NCBI GenBank assembly: GCA_030605695.1
Contig: JAUWHX010000013.1
Coordinates: 1-60,740 of the forward strand
From: a bacterium
GTDB taxonomy: Bacteria > Hydrothermota > UBA3073 > JACQXS01
Direction: 5' to 3'
Length of the DNA stretch: 60,740 bases
In this document: positions 17,664 to 26,707 of the stretch, piece by piece
Position numbering within the stretch: position 1 is the first letter of the stretch
Layout: the number at the start of each line of letters is the position of its first letter
Notes under the pieces: model-generated
What the model saw: only the letters and a program-made list of their open reading frames with translations
The model's database searches: none
Told to the model about the DNA's origin: nothing
Translations under genes and position numbers: made by a program

Positions 17664-19118
17664 AAATTGAGTTTTGAATTATCCAAAAAAGGAAGAAAGG
17701 CATATAGTTTGCCTCCTTTGGATGTTCCTTTGACAGAAGAATTGCCGAAGGAATATTTGAGAAAGAGTTTGCCGAGGTTACCTGAACTCAGTGAGCCAGA
17801 TGTTATTCGTCATTTCACAAATCTTTCTGGTCTAAATTATCATATAGAACGAGGAATGTATCCGCTTGGCTCCTGCACTATGAAATACAACCCAAAAATA
17901 AATGAAGAATTCGTCCGACTATCTGGACTTGCGAACTTACACCCTCTACAGCCAGAAGAAACCGTTCAAGGAGCACTCACAATTCTCTATGAGCTTCAGA
18001 ATTATTTAGCTGAAATTAGTGGAATGGATGAGGTATCGCTTCAACCAGTTGCAGGAGCTCATTCAGAACTTGCATCCCTTTTAATCGTGCGTAAATACTT
18101 TGATAAAAAGGGAGAGAACCGCACGAAAATTCTTGTCCCAGACTCATCACATGGGACAAACCCTGCCTCATCAGTGCTTGCTGGATTTAAACCTGTGGAA
18201 GTAAAATCTGATGCTCGTGGACTCATTGAGCTTAAAGCTCTATCTGAATTGATGGACAAGGAAGTCGCCTGCGTAATGCTGACCGTTCCAAATACACTTG
18301 GATTATTTGAGCAACAGATTGAGGAGATTGCGAGAATCGTTCATCAGAGTGGAGGGATTCTGTATCTTGATGGAGCTAATTTAAATGCATTTTTAGGAAT
18401 TGTAAAGTCCAGAGATTTAGGATTTGATATGATACATTTTAATTTGCATAAAACATTCGGCACTCCACATGGAGCAGGAGGGCCCGGCGGAGGAGGAATA
18501 GGAATTGTCCAAGAGCTTTCTCCATTTTTGCCAGTGCCAAGAATCGTCAAAACACCGACAACCGATAACCGACAACCGATAACCGATTCGTATGAGTTAT
18601 CTTATGATTTTCCAGATTCAATAGGCAGGGTTCATGGATTTTATGGAAACTTTGGTGTTTGCGTGAAAGCTTATGCTTATATAAGAATGCTGGGTGCTCA
18701 GGGAATGAGAGAAGTGTCTGAAAATGCGATATTAAATGCAAATTACTTGATGTCGGAGCTAAAAAAGTATTATGAGCTTCCATACAAGGGACCCTGTATG
18801 CATGAGTTTGTTCTCTCTGGAGACCGACAGGCAAAGCTTGGAGTTAAGACTCTGGATATTGCAAAGCGGCTTCTGGATTATGGGTTTCATCCGCCGACAA
18901 TTTATTTCCCTCTGATAGTGCACGAGGCATTGATGATTGAGCCCACAGAAACAGAGAGCATCGAGACATTAAATGAGTTCAGGGATGCGATGATAAAGAT
19001 TGACGAGGAGGCGCGGACTAATCCGGAGATAGTAAAAAGTGCTCCTCATAATACACCAGTCCGCAGACTTGATGAAGCACGAGCAGCAAAGGAATTAGAT
19101 GTCAACTTTTATAAATAA
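17661..19118 (+). CDS. gcvPB: glycine dehydrogenase (decarboxylating) subunit 2
   Basis: NLHKTFGTPHGAGGPGGG PLP-lysine region. Start set at MKLSFELSKKG. An in-frame heptamer array lies at 18554-18588. Confidence 0.9.
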   Translation: MKLSFELSKKGRKAYSLPPLDVPLTEELPKEYLRKSLPRLPELSEPDVIRHFTNLSGLNYHIERGMYPLGSCTMKYNPKINEEFVRLSGLANLHPLQPEETVQGALTILYELQNYLAEISGMDEVSLQPVAGAHSELASLLIVRKYFDKKGENRTKILVPDSSHGTNPASSVLAGFKPVEVKSDARGLIELKALSELMDKEVACVMLTVPNTLGLFEQQIEEIARIVHQSGGILYLDGANLNAFLGIVKSRDLGFDMIHFNLHKTFGTPHGAGGPGGGGIGIVQELSPFLPVPRIVKTPTTDNRQPITDSYELSYDFPDSIGRVHGFYGNFGVCVKAYAYIRMLGAQGMREVSENAILNANYLMSELKKYYELPYKGPCMHEFVLSGDRQAKLGVKTLDIAKRLLDYGFHPPTIYFPLIVHEALMIEPTETESIETLNEFRDAMIKIDEEARTNPEIVKSAPHNTPVRRLDEARAAKELDVNFYK

Positions 19119-19131
19119 TTAACAGGGAATA

Positions 19132-19440
19132 ATGAGTATTCGGGAGAGTTTAAAGCATGCATTTTCAGTATCAAGGGAAGAAGAGAAACTTACCGAAGAA
19201 GAGGAGAACCTGCTCAAGAAACTCGCAGAGGAAATAACAAAACGGAAGCTTGACATCATTGCAATCACTTTTCTTGAGTCGGTGAAGTGTATGAATTACA
19301 TTGGCTCGCAGGTGATGTTATTCTTCAAGCCAATAGTGGAGACTATCTTTCCAACCAGGATATATGCTGATATACAGAAAATACTGGAGAAAAGACCGAG
19401 TATCGAGTATCTGATAAGGAGAATAGAGGAGAAATGTTGA
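19132..19440 (+). CDS. hypothetical small protein (102 aa, acidic helical N-terminus)
   Basis: ORF only, with a weak RBS. Not GcvH: I saw no lipoyl-lysine motif. Confidence 0.4.
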   Translation: MSIRESLKHAFSVSREEEKLTEEEENLLKKLAEEITKRKLDIIAITFLESVKCMNYIGSQVMLFFKPIVETIFPTRIYADIQKILEKRPSIEYLIRRIEEKC

Positions 19441-19460
19441 AAACACAAGATTACAATATA

Positions 19461-19628
19461 AAAGATAGGGGTATCCGTATGAGAGATACTGGTGTCAGTA
19501 TAAGAGATACTGGTGTCAGTATAAGAGATACGGATGTCAGTAGAAGAGATACGGATGTCAGTATAAGAGATACGGATGTCAGTAGAAGAGATACGGATGT
19601 CAGTAGGAAGGTAGGGGGATTCCCCCTA
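19461..19628 (+). repeat. tandem array of 6 full plus 1 degenerate 21-nt units (AGAGATACGGATGTCAGTAKA) followed by hairpin TAGGGGG-att-CCCCCTA (family E, copy 1)
   Basis: Units hand-indexed at 19482, 19503, 19524, 19545, 19566 and 19587. Hairpin at 19612-19628. Second copy at 41705-41805 on the opposite strand. Confidence 0.85.
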
Positions 19629-19683
19629 GTATACTGGGGGAAACTCCAAATAACTCGCAGAGAGGTCTGCGAAAGGAGGTATT

Positions 19684-20856
19684 ATGAGTAGATTTTTGAT
19701 GGTATTGGGTGTAATCTTTATGGTTACCCCAATCAGAGCTGAGAAGCCATCGAAACTTGGCAAGGTGAAGATTGAGATTGAGGCATTCGAAGACCGCACT
19801 ATCTATGCAAAGACTCGGATTGTGCCACTTAAGAATCTACGGGCTTCAGAGATTGAGCCATTCATAAGGTCAAGGTTATCTTCGTATGGGGCGGTGCAAG
19901 TCAATGATGCGGCTAATACATTGATAATTACGGATATGGAGCCAAAGCTATCTGACCTTGTGAAGCTGGTTAAAGGGCTGGATGCCAAAGGGATTAAGGA
20001 ATTCGTGCGGCTTGAGACCCAGACCCTTCATCCAAAATATGTGCTTCCATCCAAGCTTGATTCTATTCTTATAAGGAATTTATCGCCTGATGGGTCAATT
20101 TATGTGGATGACGACCTGAATGCAATTATGATAACAGATGTGAGTTCAAGGATTGAGCGTATAAAAGAGATTCTTGCAAAGCTTGATGCTCCACCCAAAC
20201 AGGTGTTGATTGAAGGCAAACTCGTGGTAGTAGATTCAGAATACTTGCGCAAGCTTGGTTTACATCTCCCATCAGTTATTCAGGGTGCTTTGGAAAGAAC
20301 AAACATTGGTGTATCTCTCCACGAGCAGACATACAAACGAGATTATGACGATGATGAGGATGACTACAACAGAGACTATGCCCATACTGATGAAATATAT
20401 AATGTAAATGCAAATGTTTCAATAGACTTGCCAACTCTTATCTCACTTATTGACCAGTTTGTTGAGGAAGGTGGCGCAAATATCACATCGTTCCCAAGTA
20501 TTGTAATTCAGAATAACAAGAGGGGAGAAATCTATATTCCAGACAATGTTAGACTTTCTCTCTTGCCTCATATAGGAGCAGGTGATTTTACAAACCTTGA
20601 TTTGGAATTCAAGGCTGGGGGAAATGGTGTCAATACTACTGTTATGGTGAAAGATGGCAAGACATTTGCACTTGGGGGGATAGAATATATACAGGAAAGT
20701 GTTGTAGAGAAGGGAATACCGATATTGCGGTCTATTCCTCTTTTGGGATGGCTATTCAAAAGAGAAACAAAGGTAACAACGAAAAAGGAGCTTGTTGCTC
20801 TGATAACGCCACATATTCTTGAATTCGGTGAGTCGCCAAAGATAAAGAAGAAATAG
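19684..20856 (+). CDS. short secretin-family outer-membrane protein (two N-domains plus compact secretin C-domain)
   Basis: Signal peptide, NolW-like N-domains (ANTLIITDMEPKLSDLVKLVKGLD; LNAIMITDVSSRIERIKEILAKLD), C-terminal IPILRSIPLLGWLFK...ELVALITPHIL, AGGAGG RBS. Confidence 0.7.
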   Translation: MSRFLMVLGVIFMVTPIRAEKPSKLGKVKIEIEAFEDRTIYAKTRIVPLKNLRASEIEPFIRSRLSSYGAVQVNDAANTLIITDMEPKLSDLVKLVKGLDAKGIKEFVRLETQTLHPKYVLPSKLDSILIRNLSPDGSIYVDDDLNAIMITDVSSRIERIKEILAKLDAPPKQVLIEGKLVVVDSEYLRKLGLHLPSVIQGALERTNIGVSLHEQTYKRDYDDDEDDYNRDYAHTDEIYNVNANVSIDLPTLISLIDQFVEEGGANITSFPSIVIQNNKRGEIYIPDNVRLSLLPHIGAGDFTNLDLEFKAGGNGVNTTVMVKDGKTFALGGIEYIQESVVEKGIPILRSIPLLGWLFKRETKVTTKKELVALITPHILEFGESPKIKKK

Positions 20857-20877
20857 AGATATGACAGGAGGCATAGT

Positions 20878-21957
20878 ATGATTAAGCGAACGGCTTTTTA
20901 TGAGAAGCATCGGGAAGCAGGTGGGAAGATTGTTCCATTTGCTGGATTTGAGATGCCGATACAATATAAGGGAATAATTCAGGAAGTCAAGCAAGTCAGG
21001 ACTAAAGCAGGTATATTTGATGTCTCTCATATGGGGAGAGTTGAAGTTAAGGGACCCCAGGCAATTGAGTTTATTAGTAAGATAACTGTAAATGACCCGA
21101 GTAAGCTTGATGTCTGGCAAGCTCAATATTCTTGTATGTGCTATCCAGATGGTGGGATAGTTGATGATATACTTATTTATCGGCTTCCTGATAAGTTTTT
21201 AATTGTAATAAACGCAGCAAATAGAGATAAGGATTGGGATTGGATGGTAGAGCATAAGATTGAAGGAACTGATATAATAGATGTAAGTGATGAATCTGCT
21301 CAACTTGCGATTCAAGGTCCGGAAGCAGAGCGTGTGGTTCAGCCACTTGTGGATATAGATTTATCAGAAATGGGATTTTATTGGGGAGCGAATTGCAAGG
21401 TGGCAGGAGTCTCGGCATTTATTTCACGGACAGGATATACGGGAGAAGATGGATTTGAACTCTACTTTGATCCAAAACATTCGGAAATCTGGGATAAGAT
21501 ATTAGAAATAGGAGCTGAGCCAGTTGGACTTGGAGCAAGAGATGTCCTTAGACTTGAGATGAAATACTGTCTTTATGGTAATGATATAGATAAAACTACA
21601 ACTCCACTGGAGGCAGGACTTGGATGGATAACGAAACTTGATAAGTCGGATTTTATTGGCAAAGATGTATTGGTTAAACAAAAAGAAGAAGGTGTGAAAA
21701 GAAGACTTGTAGCTTTTATAATGGAGGGAACGAGAACTATTCCTCGCCAACACTACAAGATATCTGTTAAAGGTAAAACAGCAGGAGAAGTAACGAGCGG
21801 TAATTACTCACCATCAATAGATAGGTTGATTGGACTTGGGTATGTGAATGTTCTTTATAACAAGATAGACACGGAGATAGAGATAGAATGTCGTGGCAAA
21901 TTAGAAAAGGCGAAGATAATAAAGCCACCGTTCTATAAAGATGGGACGCGGAAATAA
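20878..21957 (+). CDS. gcvT: glycine cleavage system aminomethyltransferase
   Basis: FAGFEMPIQY and RTGYTGEDGFE motifs, AGGAGG RBS. Confidence 0.93.
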   Translation: MIKRTAFYEKHREAGGKIVPFAGFEMPIQYKGIIQEVKQVRTKAGIFDVSHMGRVEVKGPQAIEFISKITVNDPSKLDVWQAQYSCMCYPDGGIVDDILIYRLPDKFLIVINAANRDKDWDWMVEHKIEGTDIIDVSDESAQLAIQGPEAERVVQPLVDIDLSEMGFYWGANCKVAGVSAFISRTGYTGEDGFELYFDPKHSEIWDKILEIGAEPVGLGARDVLRLEMKYCLYGNDIDKTTTPLEAGLGWITKLDKSDFIGKDVLVKQKEEGVKRRLVAFIMEGTRTIPRQHYKISVKGKTAGEVTSGNYSPSIDRLIGLGYVNVLYNKIDTEIEIECRGKLEKAKIIKPPFYKDGTRK

Positions 21958-23176
21958 TATCTTAATTATATCCCCTTGGGCAGATGATTGGGATCTTGAG
22001 AGAGTCATTGGAACTCCAAAAGTCGGAGTATTAGTAAAGGGATTTCTTGATAAGGGATTTAAAATACACCTCCTGATACCAAAGGAAGAAGGGTTTACAA
22101 ACTCAACTCTTGCAAATCTGAGGGTTTCTCCTATTCCTATTTATAGACTTCCAAAAATTAAGTTCCTTTCGCTTGGTCTTTACTTAATTGATTATCTGAT
22201 AGTCAATTTTAGATTTATGACTTATGGGGCAAAGATATTAAGGGAGCACTCCTTTGATGTTATCTATGGAATTTCAAGTTCCCTTGGGTTAGCTATTTAT
22301 TGGCTTGGATGGAAATTTCATAAGCCGACTATTTTAAAACTTGTAGGTCTCGGTGCATTATCTCCAATAAGAAGATATAACTTAATTCACTGGTATGGGT
22401 ATATTCCTGAGGTTATCGCTTATAAGCTAAAATTTGATAAACTGGTTATAGTTGACGATGGAACTCAAGGAGCTAAGGTTGCAAAGTATTTTAAGACACC
22501 TGAAGAAAGACTTTTGTTTTCTCCGCAACCAATAGATAGGAATTTAGAGCATATAGTTCCTACACAAGAGTTGAAGGAGAAATTGGGATTTGAGCAAAAT
22601 GATTATATTGTTCTATTTGTGTCAAGACTTGTGCGGAATAAGGGTGCGGATATTGCAATTCGTGCAATGAAGCTCGTAATTCAAAAAGAGTCAAGAGCAA
22701 GACTTCTTATAGTTGGAGATGGGTCTAAAAGGAAAAAGTATGAGGAATTGGCAAAAAAACTTGGTATATGGGAATACACAAGATTTATAGGAAGTGTAAA
22801 GTATCAGGAAGTATGGAAATATTATGGGATAGGAGATGTGCTTATCTCAGCTAATCTTGTATCTAATTTATGTTTGCCTGTGATAGAAGCTATGGCAAGC
22901 AAAGTTCCTGTGGTTACAATGGATATAAGAGACACGGAAAAATTCATAAAAGATGGAGAGACAGGATTTCTTGTGAGATTTAAGGGACAGGGGATACCCC
23001 TTAATGCAAGTCTGGAAACTTGCCGGGAAATTGCAGATGCAGTTTGTATTTTATTAAAGGATGCAAATCTGCGGGAGAAAATAGCCAATAAAGCAAGAGA
23101 ACTTGTCTTGAAACAACTTCCTGATTGGGATAAGTGGATAGAGACAGAGGTTAAATTAATTAATTCGTTAAAATGA
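21941..23176 (+). CDS. GT4-family glycosyltransferase
   Basis: C-terminal EAMASKVPVV...GETGFLV motif, 411 aa. Confidence 0.75.
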   Translation: MGRGNNILIISPWADDWDLERVIGTPKVGVLVKGFLDKGFKIHLLIPKEEGFTNSTLANLRVSPIPIYRLPKIKFLSLGLYLIDYLIVNFRFMTYGAKILREHSFDVIYGISSSLGLAIYWLGWKFHKPTILKLVGLGALSPIRRYNLIHWYGYIPEVIAYKLKFDKLVIVDDGTQGAKVAKYFKTPEERLLFSPQPIDRNLEHIVPTQELKEKLGFEQNDYIVLFVSRLVRNKGADIAIRAMKLVIQKESRARLLIVGDGSKRKKYEELAKKLGIWEYTRFIGSVKYQEVWKYYGIGDVLISANLVSNLCLPVIEAMASKVPVVTMDIRDTEKFIKDGETGFLVRFKGQGIPLNASLETCREIADAVCILLKDANLREKIANKARELVLKQLPDWDKWIETEVKLINSLK

Positions 23177-23178
23177 TT

Positions 23179-23207
23179 TTAACCGCAGATGAACGGAGAT
23201 AGACACA
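23179..23207 (+). repeat. 29-nt TTAACCGCAGATGAACGGAGATAGACACA motif (copy 3)
   Basis: Begins 3 nt after the GT4 stop. (C/G)AGAT recurs about every 10 nt and continues into 23208-23240. Confidence 0.7.
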
Positions 23208-23330
23208 GATTGCAAGATTCAAAGATTAGAAAATTAAAGGTTGAAAGACGAAAAGGTAAAAAAGAATCTGCAATCTCCAAATCTTTGTGACCTTTGTGTT
23301 CTTTGTGGTTTATAATTTTGTAGGATATTG

Positions 23331-24824
23331 ATGAGAGTAATTAAAAATACTTTCTTTTTATATTTATCTCTTTTTGGTGGGTTTATCCTGACTTTTCTCC
23401 AACTCAAGATATTATTTCTGTATTTTGAGCCTCGCGTATTAGGGGAGTTTTTTACTGTAGTTGCTTTTAGTAGAATTGCGGCAGGAGTTATTCTTTTAGG
23501 AATTCCATTTGTCTTGACAAGATATTTGCCGAAATTTCATGCTAACAAAGAACAAGCCAAAATGTTCTCTCTACTATTATTATTGGTTTTTAGCTATATC
23601 GTGCTGGCTCTTTTGATGTATTTACTAATTTCTCTTTTCGGAAGCAAATTATGTGTCTCCATATATAAAAATGAGGTTATTGGAGAATATGTGAGCTTTG
23701 CGTTTTTTGTGTTTTCAGTAGTTACATTTTTCTCAATTATATTTATGTCTTTCAACGGTTTAAGGAAAATGCATTTGAGTACTGGATTAAACCTTTTATA
23801 TTTATTTCTTTTGACTTTCTTGCTTTTTGTATTTCGTGAAATACTATCAATCTCACTTGTTCTCGAAATTTACTTAATTTCAGTAATTCCAAGTATTATT
23901 ATTGGAATACTTTTGTTATGCAGAGAATTTAGAAGACTAAAATTAGTAAAGTTTAATTTGCTCATCAAAGAAATATTTCCTTACTGGAAATATGCTATGG
24001 GGCTTGGGGTTTTATCACCACTCTTTACTTACCTTGACCGCTTAATAATTGGCTGCTTTTTATCAATGCCGATGGTTGCTCTTTTTACTGTGGCATCTAA
24101 AATAAAAGGATGGATTGGTCGGATACTGGATATTCCTATGGAAGCTTTGAATCCAGAAATAAGTCATTCATGGGAAAAGGGAAACAAGAAAGTATTAGGT
24201 GAAGATTTAAAATTGATTATTAAATTACTCTTTTTATTGGGAGTTATGGTGACTACACCTGTTTTGATTTGTGGAAAAGAAATTATCAATATCGTAAGTA
24301 CTCCTGAATACATTGGTGCCCGGGTACCATTATGGTTTTTGGGAATTTCAATAATTTTTTCATGTATATATGTGCCAATAGCTTCAGCAATGCGGTCTAT
24401 AGGCAAAATTTCACTCTTTTTTCTCACAAATATAATCTGGATTTTTGTATATGTGAGTTCTACTATTGGACTCATCAAGCGATTTGAGATTGCTGGAGTT
24501 GGGACAGCATATTTACTTGCCTCAATTGTAACTTTAATTTTTAATCTCGGATATGTAGCAAGATACCATACAGCTTTAGATATTGATTTGAAATTCTTCT
24601 ATAAAATAGTAAGTTTTAGTTTAGTATTTGGATTACTTGCCTATTTCATTTCTGGATATGCTTTTGGACCTGATTGGTGGAGATTTGTAATGTCAGCTTT
24701 ATTTGTAGCGTCAGGGTATTTATTATTTTTATCTCGTGCCAATCTTTTTTCAAGATATGAGAAAGATAGATTGCAAGTTTTGTTTGCCGGTAAATATGGA
24801 TTCATGAGGAGACTTTTAACCTAA
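23331..24824 (+). CDS. polysaccharide flippase (MOP/Wzx-like)
   Basis: About 12-14 TM helices, 497 aa. Start is ATG 23331 or TTG 23328. Confidence 0.7.
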   Translation: MRVIKNTFFLYLSLFGGFILTFLQLKILFLYFEPRVLGEFFTVVAFSRIAAGVILLGIPFVLTRYLPKFHANKEQAKMFSLLLLLVFSYIVLALLMYLLISLFGSKLCVSIYKNEVIGEYVSFAFFVFSVVTFFSIIFMSFNGLRKMHLSTGLNLLYLFLLTFLLFVFREILSISLVLEIYLISVIPSIIIGILLLCREFRRLKLVKFNLLIKEIFPYWKYAMGLGVLSPLFTYLDRLIIGCFLSMPMVALFTVASKIKGWIGRILDIPMEALNPEISHSWEKGNKKVLGEDLKLIIKLLFLLGVMVTTPVLICGKEIINIVSTPEYIGARVPLWFLGISIIFSCIYVPIASAMRSIGKISLFFLTNIIWIFVYVSSTIGLIKRFEIAGVGTAYLLASIVTLIFNLGYVARYHTALDIDLKFFYKIVSFSLVFGLLAYFISGYAFGPDWWRFVMSALFVASGYLLFLSRANLFSRYEKDRLQVLFAGKYGFMRRLLT

Positions 24825-24825
24825 T

Positions 24826-26661
24826 ATGCCTGGAGTTTTAGGAATTATTCCAAGTAGGGGCAGTTCGCGAACTGCCCCTACAATAGAAAATATGATTAAT
24901 TCACTAAAACATTCTAAAGAATATAAAGTAGATCAATACAAGAAGGAATCTTTCGCTATAGCAAGAGTGCATCTTGGGATATTCAATCCCGAGCCACAAC
25001 CAATATTTAATGAAGATAAGAGTCTTTGCATATTTATGGATGGCAAGATTTATGGCTACAAGGAAAAGATACTTGAGCTTAAACAAGCTGGGCATAAGTT
25101 CAAAGTTAATAATGAGCCTGAATTTTGCTTGCATTCTTATGAGGAGTACGGGAAGAAATTTGTTAAAGAGCTAAACGGGATTTTCCTGATAGTTATTTAT
25201 GACTTTAAAGAAGAAAGTTTGTTGATTGCTAACGATAGATATGGTTTAATTCCTCATTATTATGCGGTAAATAATAACAGATTCTTATTTGCTCCTGAAA
25301 TAAAAGCAATTTTTCAGGATAAAACTTTTAAAAAAGAACTGAATGATGAAGCAATCGCGAATTTTTTTGCTTTTATGGAACCTCTTGGAGATAAGACTTT
25401 TTTGAAAAAAGTTAAAATACTCCCTCCGGGGTCAATACTTATTTACGAGGGAAAGGAAATAAAAACAGAAAGATACTGGAATTTTAGGTATAATTCAGAT
25501 TATAGTATTACTGAAGAAGATTTTGCAAATCGGTTAGTAGAAACTTTCAAGAGAGCTGTTAAGATACGAATTGAAGATAATTATCGTTACTGTGTTTCTC
25601 TCTCAGGAGGGTTGGATTCGAGGTCAATTATTGCTGCAATAGATAGTAAGAAAAGAAAGGATATTTACGCATTTACTTTTGGGCCGTTGGATTCAGACGA
25701 AGTTAAAATTGCTAAAAAAGTAGCAGAAAAATCAGGGACACACTTTCTCCATAGAGATATTCCTCCTAATATGATTATAGACAATGCAGAGGAAAACGTA
25801 TGGCTTAGCGAGGGAAAAGCCAATATAGGAAATAGTTTTATTTATCCTCTACATAAATCAATTAGAGATATTGTAGATGTAGTTTTTGATGGATACGAAT
25901 TGGGTGTCTTACTTGGAGGACAGTATTCCACCCGAAAAGTATCTGGATGCAGAAATAGAAAAGCACTTATTAACAGACTAATTAAACGAAGGATTTTTTC
26001 AGAAGAAAAGTTTAAGGAACTTTTCACTGTTAGTTATTACCCAAAGGTTAAAGAAAGAGCATTGGAGTCTTTTGAAAAAGAATTTGATAAAGCTAAAAGT
26101 GATTCTCTCGGGAACGAGTGTGACAACTTTTTCTTAAGCACTTATACTAGCTTCTCTGCTCCAATAGGAGAGGTTTTAACAAGAGATGCAATAGAAGTTT
26201 CATTCCCCACAATTGATAACGATTTCATAGATATTATACTCAAAATTCCTGCCAAATTCAGATTAAATCACAGAATTTATCGCAAATTCCTGAAAAAGCT
26301 ATCTCCAGAATTGGCTAAAATACCTTATAATAAAACAATGGTGCCTGTTGATGCACCTTTATTTTTATGGAAAGCTGGTATGGTTTATCAAATCGGCAAT
26401 GAGAGAATCAAGAAACTAATGCGGAGACCTATCAAACGAAGCTATGTAAATTTTGATGAATGGCTCCGCGTAAATAAAAGATGGAAAGATTACTTTAGAG
26501 ATTTATTATCAAGTAAAGATGCTCTCTCTCGTGAATATTTCAATCAAAAGTATATTGAGAAGCTAATCCGGGAGCACGAACAAAACAAAAAAGACAACTC
26601 ACAGAAACTCTTATATCTTGCAACCTTTGAGCTTTTCTTGAGAAAGTTTCAAGAAAAATAA
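24826..26661 (+). CDS. asparagine synthetase B-like amidotransferase lacking the N-terminal catalytic Cys
   Basis: SLSGGLDS PP-loop and AsnB-like N-domain, but the protein begins MPGVLG instead of MCG. Confidence 0.8.
   Translation: MPGVLGIIPSRGSSRTAPTIENMINSLKHSKEYKVDQYKKESFAIARVHLGIFNPEPQPIFNEDKSLCIFMDGKIYGYKEKILELKQAGHKFKVNNEPEFCLHSYEEYGKKFVKELNGIFLIVIYDFKEESLLIANDRYGLIPHYYAVNNNRFLFAPEIKAIFQDKTFKKELNDEAIANFFAFMEPLGDKTFLKKVKILPPGSILIYEGKEIKTERYWNFRYNSDYSITEEDFANRLVETFKRAVKIRIEDNYRYCVSLSGGLDSRSIIAAIDSKKRKDIYAFTFGPLDSDEVKIAKKVAEKSGTHFLHRDIPPNMIIDNAEENVWLSEGKANIGNSFIYPLHKSIRDIVDVVFDGYELGVLLGGQYSTRKVSGCRNRKALINRLIKRRIFSEEKFKELFTVSYYPKVKERALESFEKEFDKAKSDSLGNECDNFFLSTYTSFSAPIGEVLTRDAIEVSFPTIDNDFIDIILKIPAKFRLNHRIYRKFLKKLSPELAKIPYNKTMVPVDAPLFLWKAGMVYQIGNERIKKLMRRPIKRSYVNFDEWLRVNKRWKDYFRDLLSSKDALSREYFNQKYIEKLIREHEQNKKDNSQKLLYLATFELFLRKFQEK
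24854..24881. repeat. perfect 28-bp palindrome GTAGGGGCAGTTCGCGAACTGCCCCTAC inside the asnB-like CDS
   Basis: Hand-checked as two perfectly complementary 14-nt arms. Encodes SRGSSRTAPT in frame. Confidence 0.9.
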
Positions 26662-26662
26662 C

Positions 26663-26690
26663 TTGACAAAAGTAAATTGGGAAGTATAAT
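26663..26690 (+). promoter_or_regulatory. sigma70-type promoter with short SD-containing leader
   Basis: TTGACA-16-TATAAT, then AGGAGG and ATG at 26708. Confidence 0.6.
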
Positions 26691-26707
26691 ATGAAAAAGG
26701 AGGTAAA

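Noticed and set aside
19434-19691. Track ORF of 85 aa (RDTGVS/RDTDVS heptads) and its relative at 41609-41806 (65 aa), considered as small repeat proteins.
   Set aside because: Similarity between the two is at the nucleotide level (the 21-nt units plus the G5/C5 hairpin). The flanking peptide sequence is unrelated, and only one copy has an RBS-like sequence. I treat both as non-coding repeat elements, though translation of copy 1 cannot be excluded.
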